A DNA stretch of 64,000 nt from Thalassobaculum sp. Lineage in GTDB: Bacteria; Pseudomonadota; Alphaproteobacteria; Thalassobaculales; Thalassobaculaceae. The notes beneath the pieces are model-generated. The model saw nothing but the letters and a program-made list of their open reading frames with translations, had not been told where the DNA came from and ran no database searches. Made by a program: the position numbers and the translations under genes. Location of the stretch: positions 32,403 through 96,402 of the forward strand of contig NZ_JAVJSX010000024.1 in NCBI RefSeq assembly GCF_040219215.1, given 5' to 3'. Positions 63,587-64,000 of the stretch are shown piece by piece (position 1 is the first letter of the stretch; each line of letters begins with the position of its first letter).

Positions 63587-64000
63587 ATGGCTGTCTGGTC
63601 CTGGACCGCTGAGTATCTGTCGATGGACGGGTTGACCAACCCGGACTTCCGGGCGTTAGCCGACCACTGGAAGGCGACGAGCCGGGCGATCGACGGCGAA
63701 GTTCCGGAAGCGGACTCGATCGACATTCACGCATTCGAGACGATCTTCCCGCATCTGGCACTGGTCGACGCCGCCGACATCAAGCACCCCAAATACATCG
63801 CCGTCGGATCGGCATTGGTGAAGCTGCTGGGCTCAGACCCGACCAACAAGCCGTTGGAACGAGTCTACCGGGCCGACGTGTTCCAGGAGATCCAGAAATG
63901 CTTCGAACGGTCGATCACCGAGAAGCGCCCGCTGATGTTCCGCCGCGAATTCCAGCTGATGGGCCGCAGCCTCGGATATGATCGCCTGGTCCTGCCCCTG
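63587..64000 (+). CDS. PAS domain-containing protein (DUF1457-like), N-terminal part; continues beyond the window end
   Basis: The open frame from the ATG at 63587 to the window end gives MAVWSWTAEYLSMDGLTNPDFRALADHWKATSRAIDGEVPEADSIDIHAFETIFPHLALVDAADIKHPKYIAVGSALVKLLGSDPTNKPLERVY...LGYDRLVLPL. Confidence 0.6.
   Translation, partial: MAVWSWTAEYLSMDGLTNPDFRALADHWKATSRAIDGEVPEADSIDIHAFETIFPHLALVDAADIKHPKYIAVGSALVKLLGSDPTNKPLERVYRADVFQEIQKCFERSITEKRPLMFRREFQLMGRSLGYDRLVLPL

Overview
High-GC chromosomal segment that looks alphaproteobacterial: it carries family-typical genes (RcdA/DUF1465, TrcR/DUF1013, DUF1192, DUF1457 PAS proteins, FlmG-like TPR-glycosyltransferases). Most of it is densely packed core metabolism and housekeeping, and many genes are joined by 4-nt ATGA/GTGA start-stop overlaps.

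Main content, in order:
- A partial yebC-like gene.
- A zapA / putative 6S RNA / 5-FTHF cyclo-ligase locus.
- tkt-gap-fba(class I)-thiE, then efp and an inositol monophosphatase.
- A conserved OmpA / MotA-like / MotB-like coiled-coil trio next to rpmE.
- rcdA, hsp20, and thioesterase-hydrolase-metY.
- qor, trcR, two GNATs, and prpE-SDR.
- A Tat-cyclase, acyl-CoA synthetase, amidase and a DMT transporter.
- A pseudaminic-acid flagellin glycosylation island: pseI/G/H/F, a Pse-associated methylase and two paralogous TPR-glycosyltransferases.
- GS-like and RraA-like genes, rpmB, ybaK, lrp, a HAD hydrolase, a degenerate EAL protein and pyrD.
- A GntR-controlled dehydrogenase/amidohydrolase cluster, HxlR-MATE, and a GntR-controlled ABC transporter plus FAH hydrolase.

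Two short, visibly AT-richer islets interrupt this background and are the best candidates for undescribed biology:
1. About 23.26-24.33 kb: a single orphan gene. Its product ends in a Pro-rich linker plus the exact SSB C-terminal tip motif (LDDEIPF) and contains a glycine-zipper-like hydrophobic segment.
2. About 27.0-29.5 kb: an orphan Cas2-like 89-aa protein with no CRISPR array or cas1, a 177-aa protein with a HEPN-type R-x4-H motif (TRHMLVHG), and a 48-aa highly charged antisense ORF whose start codon overlaps the HEPN start in a CATG. Long non-coding flanks surround them.

No tRNA, rRNA, CRISPR array, transposase or integrase could be supported. All functional calls rest on reading the translated ORFs and recalling family motifs; no database search was run.
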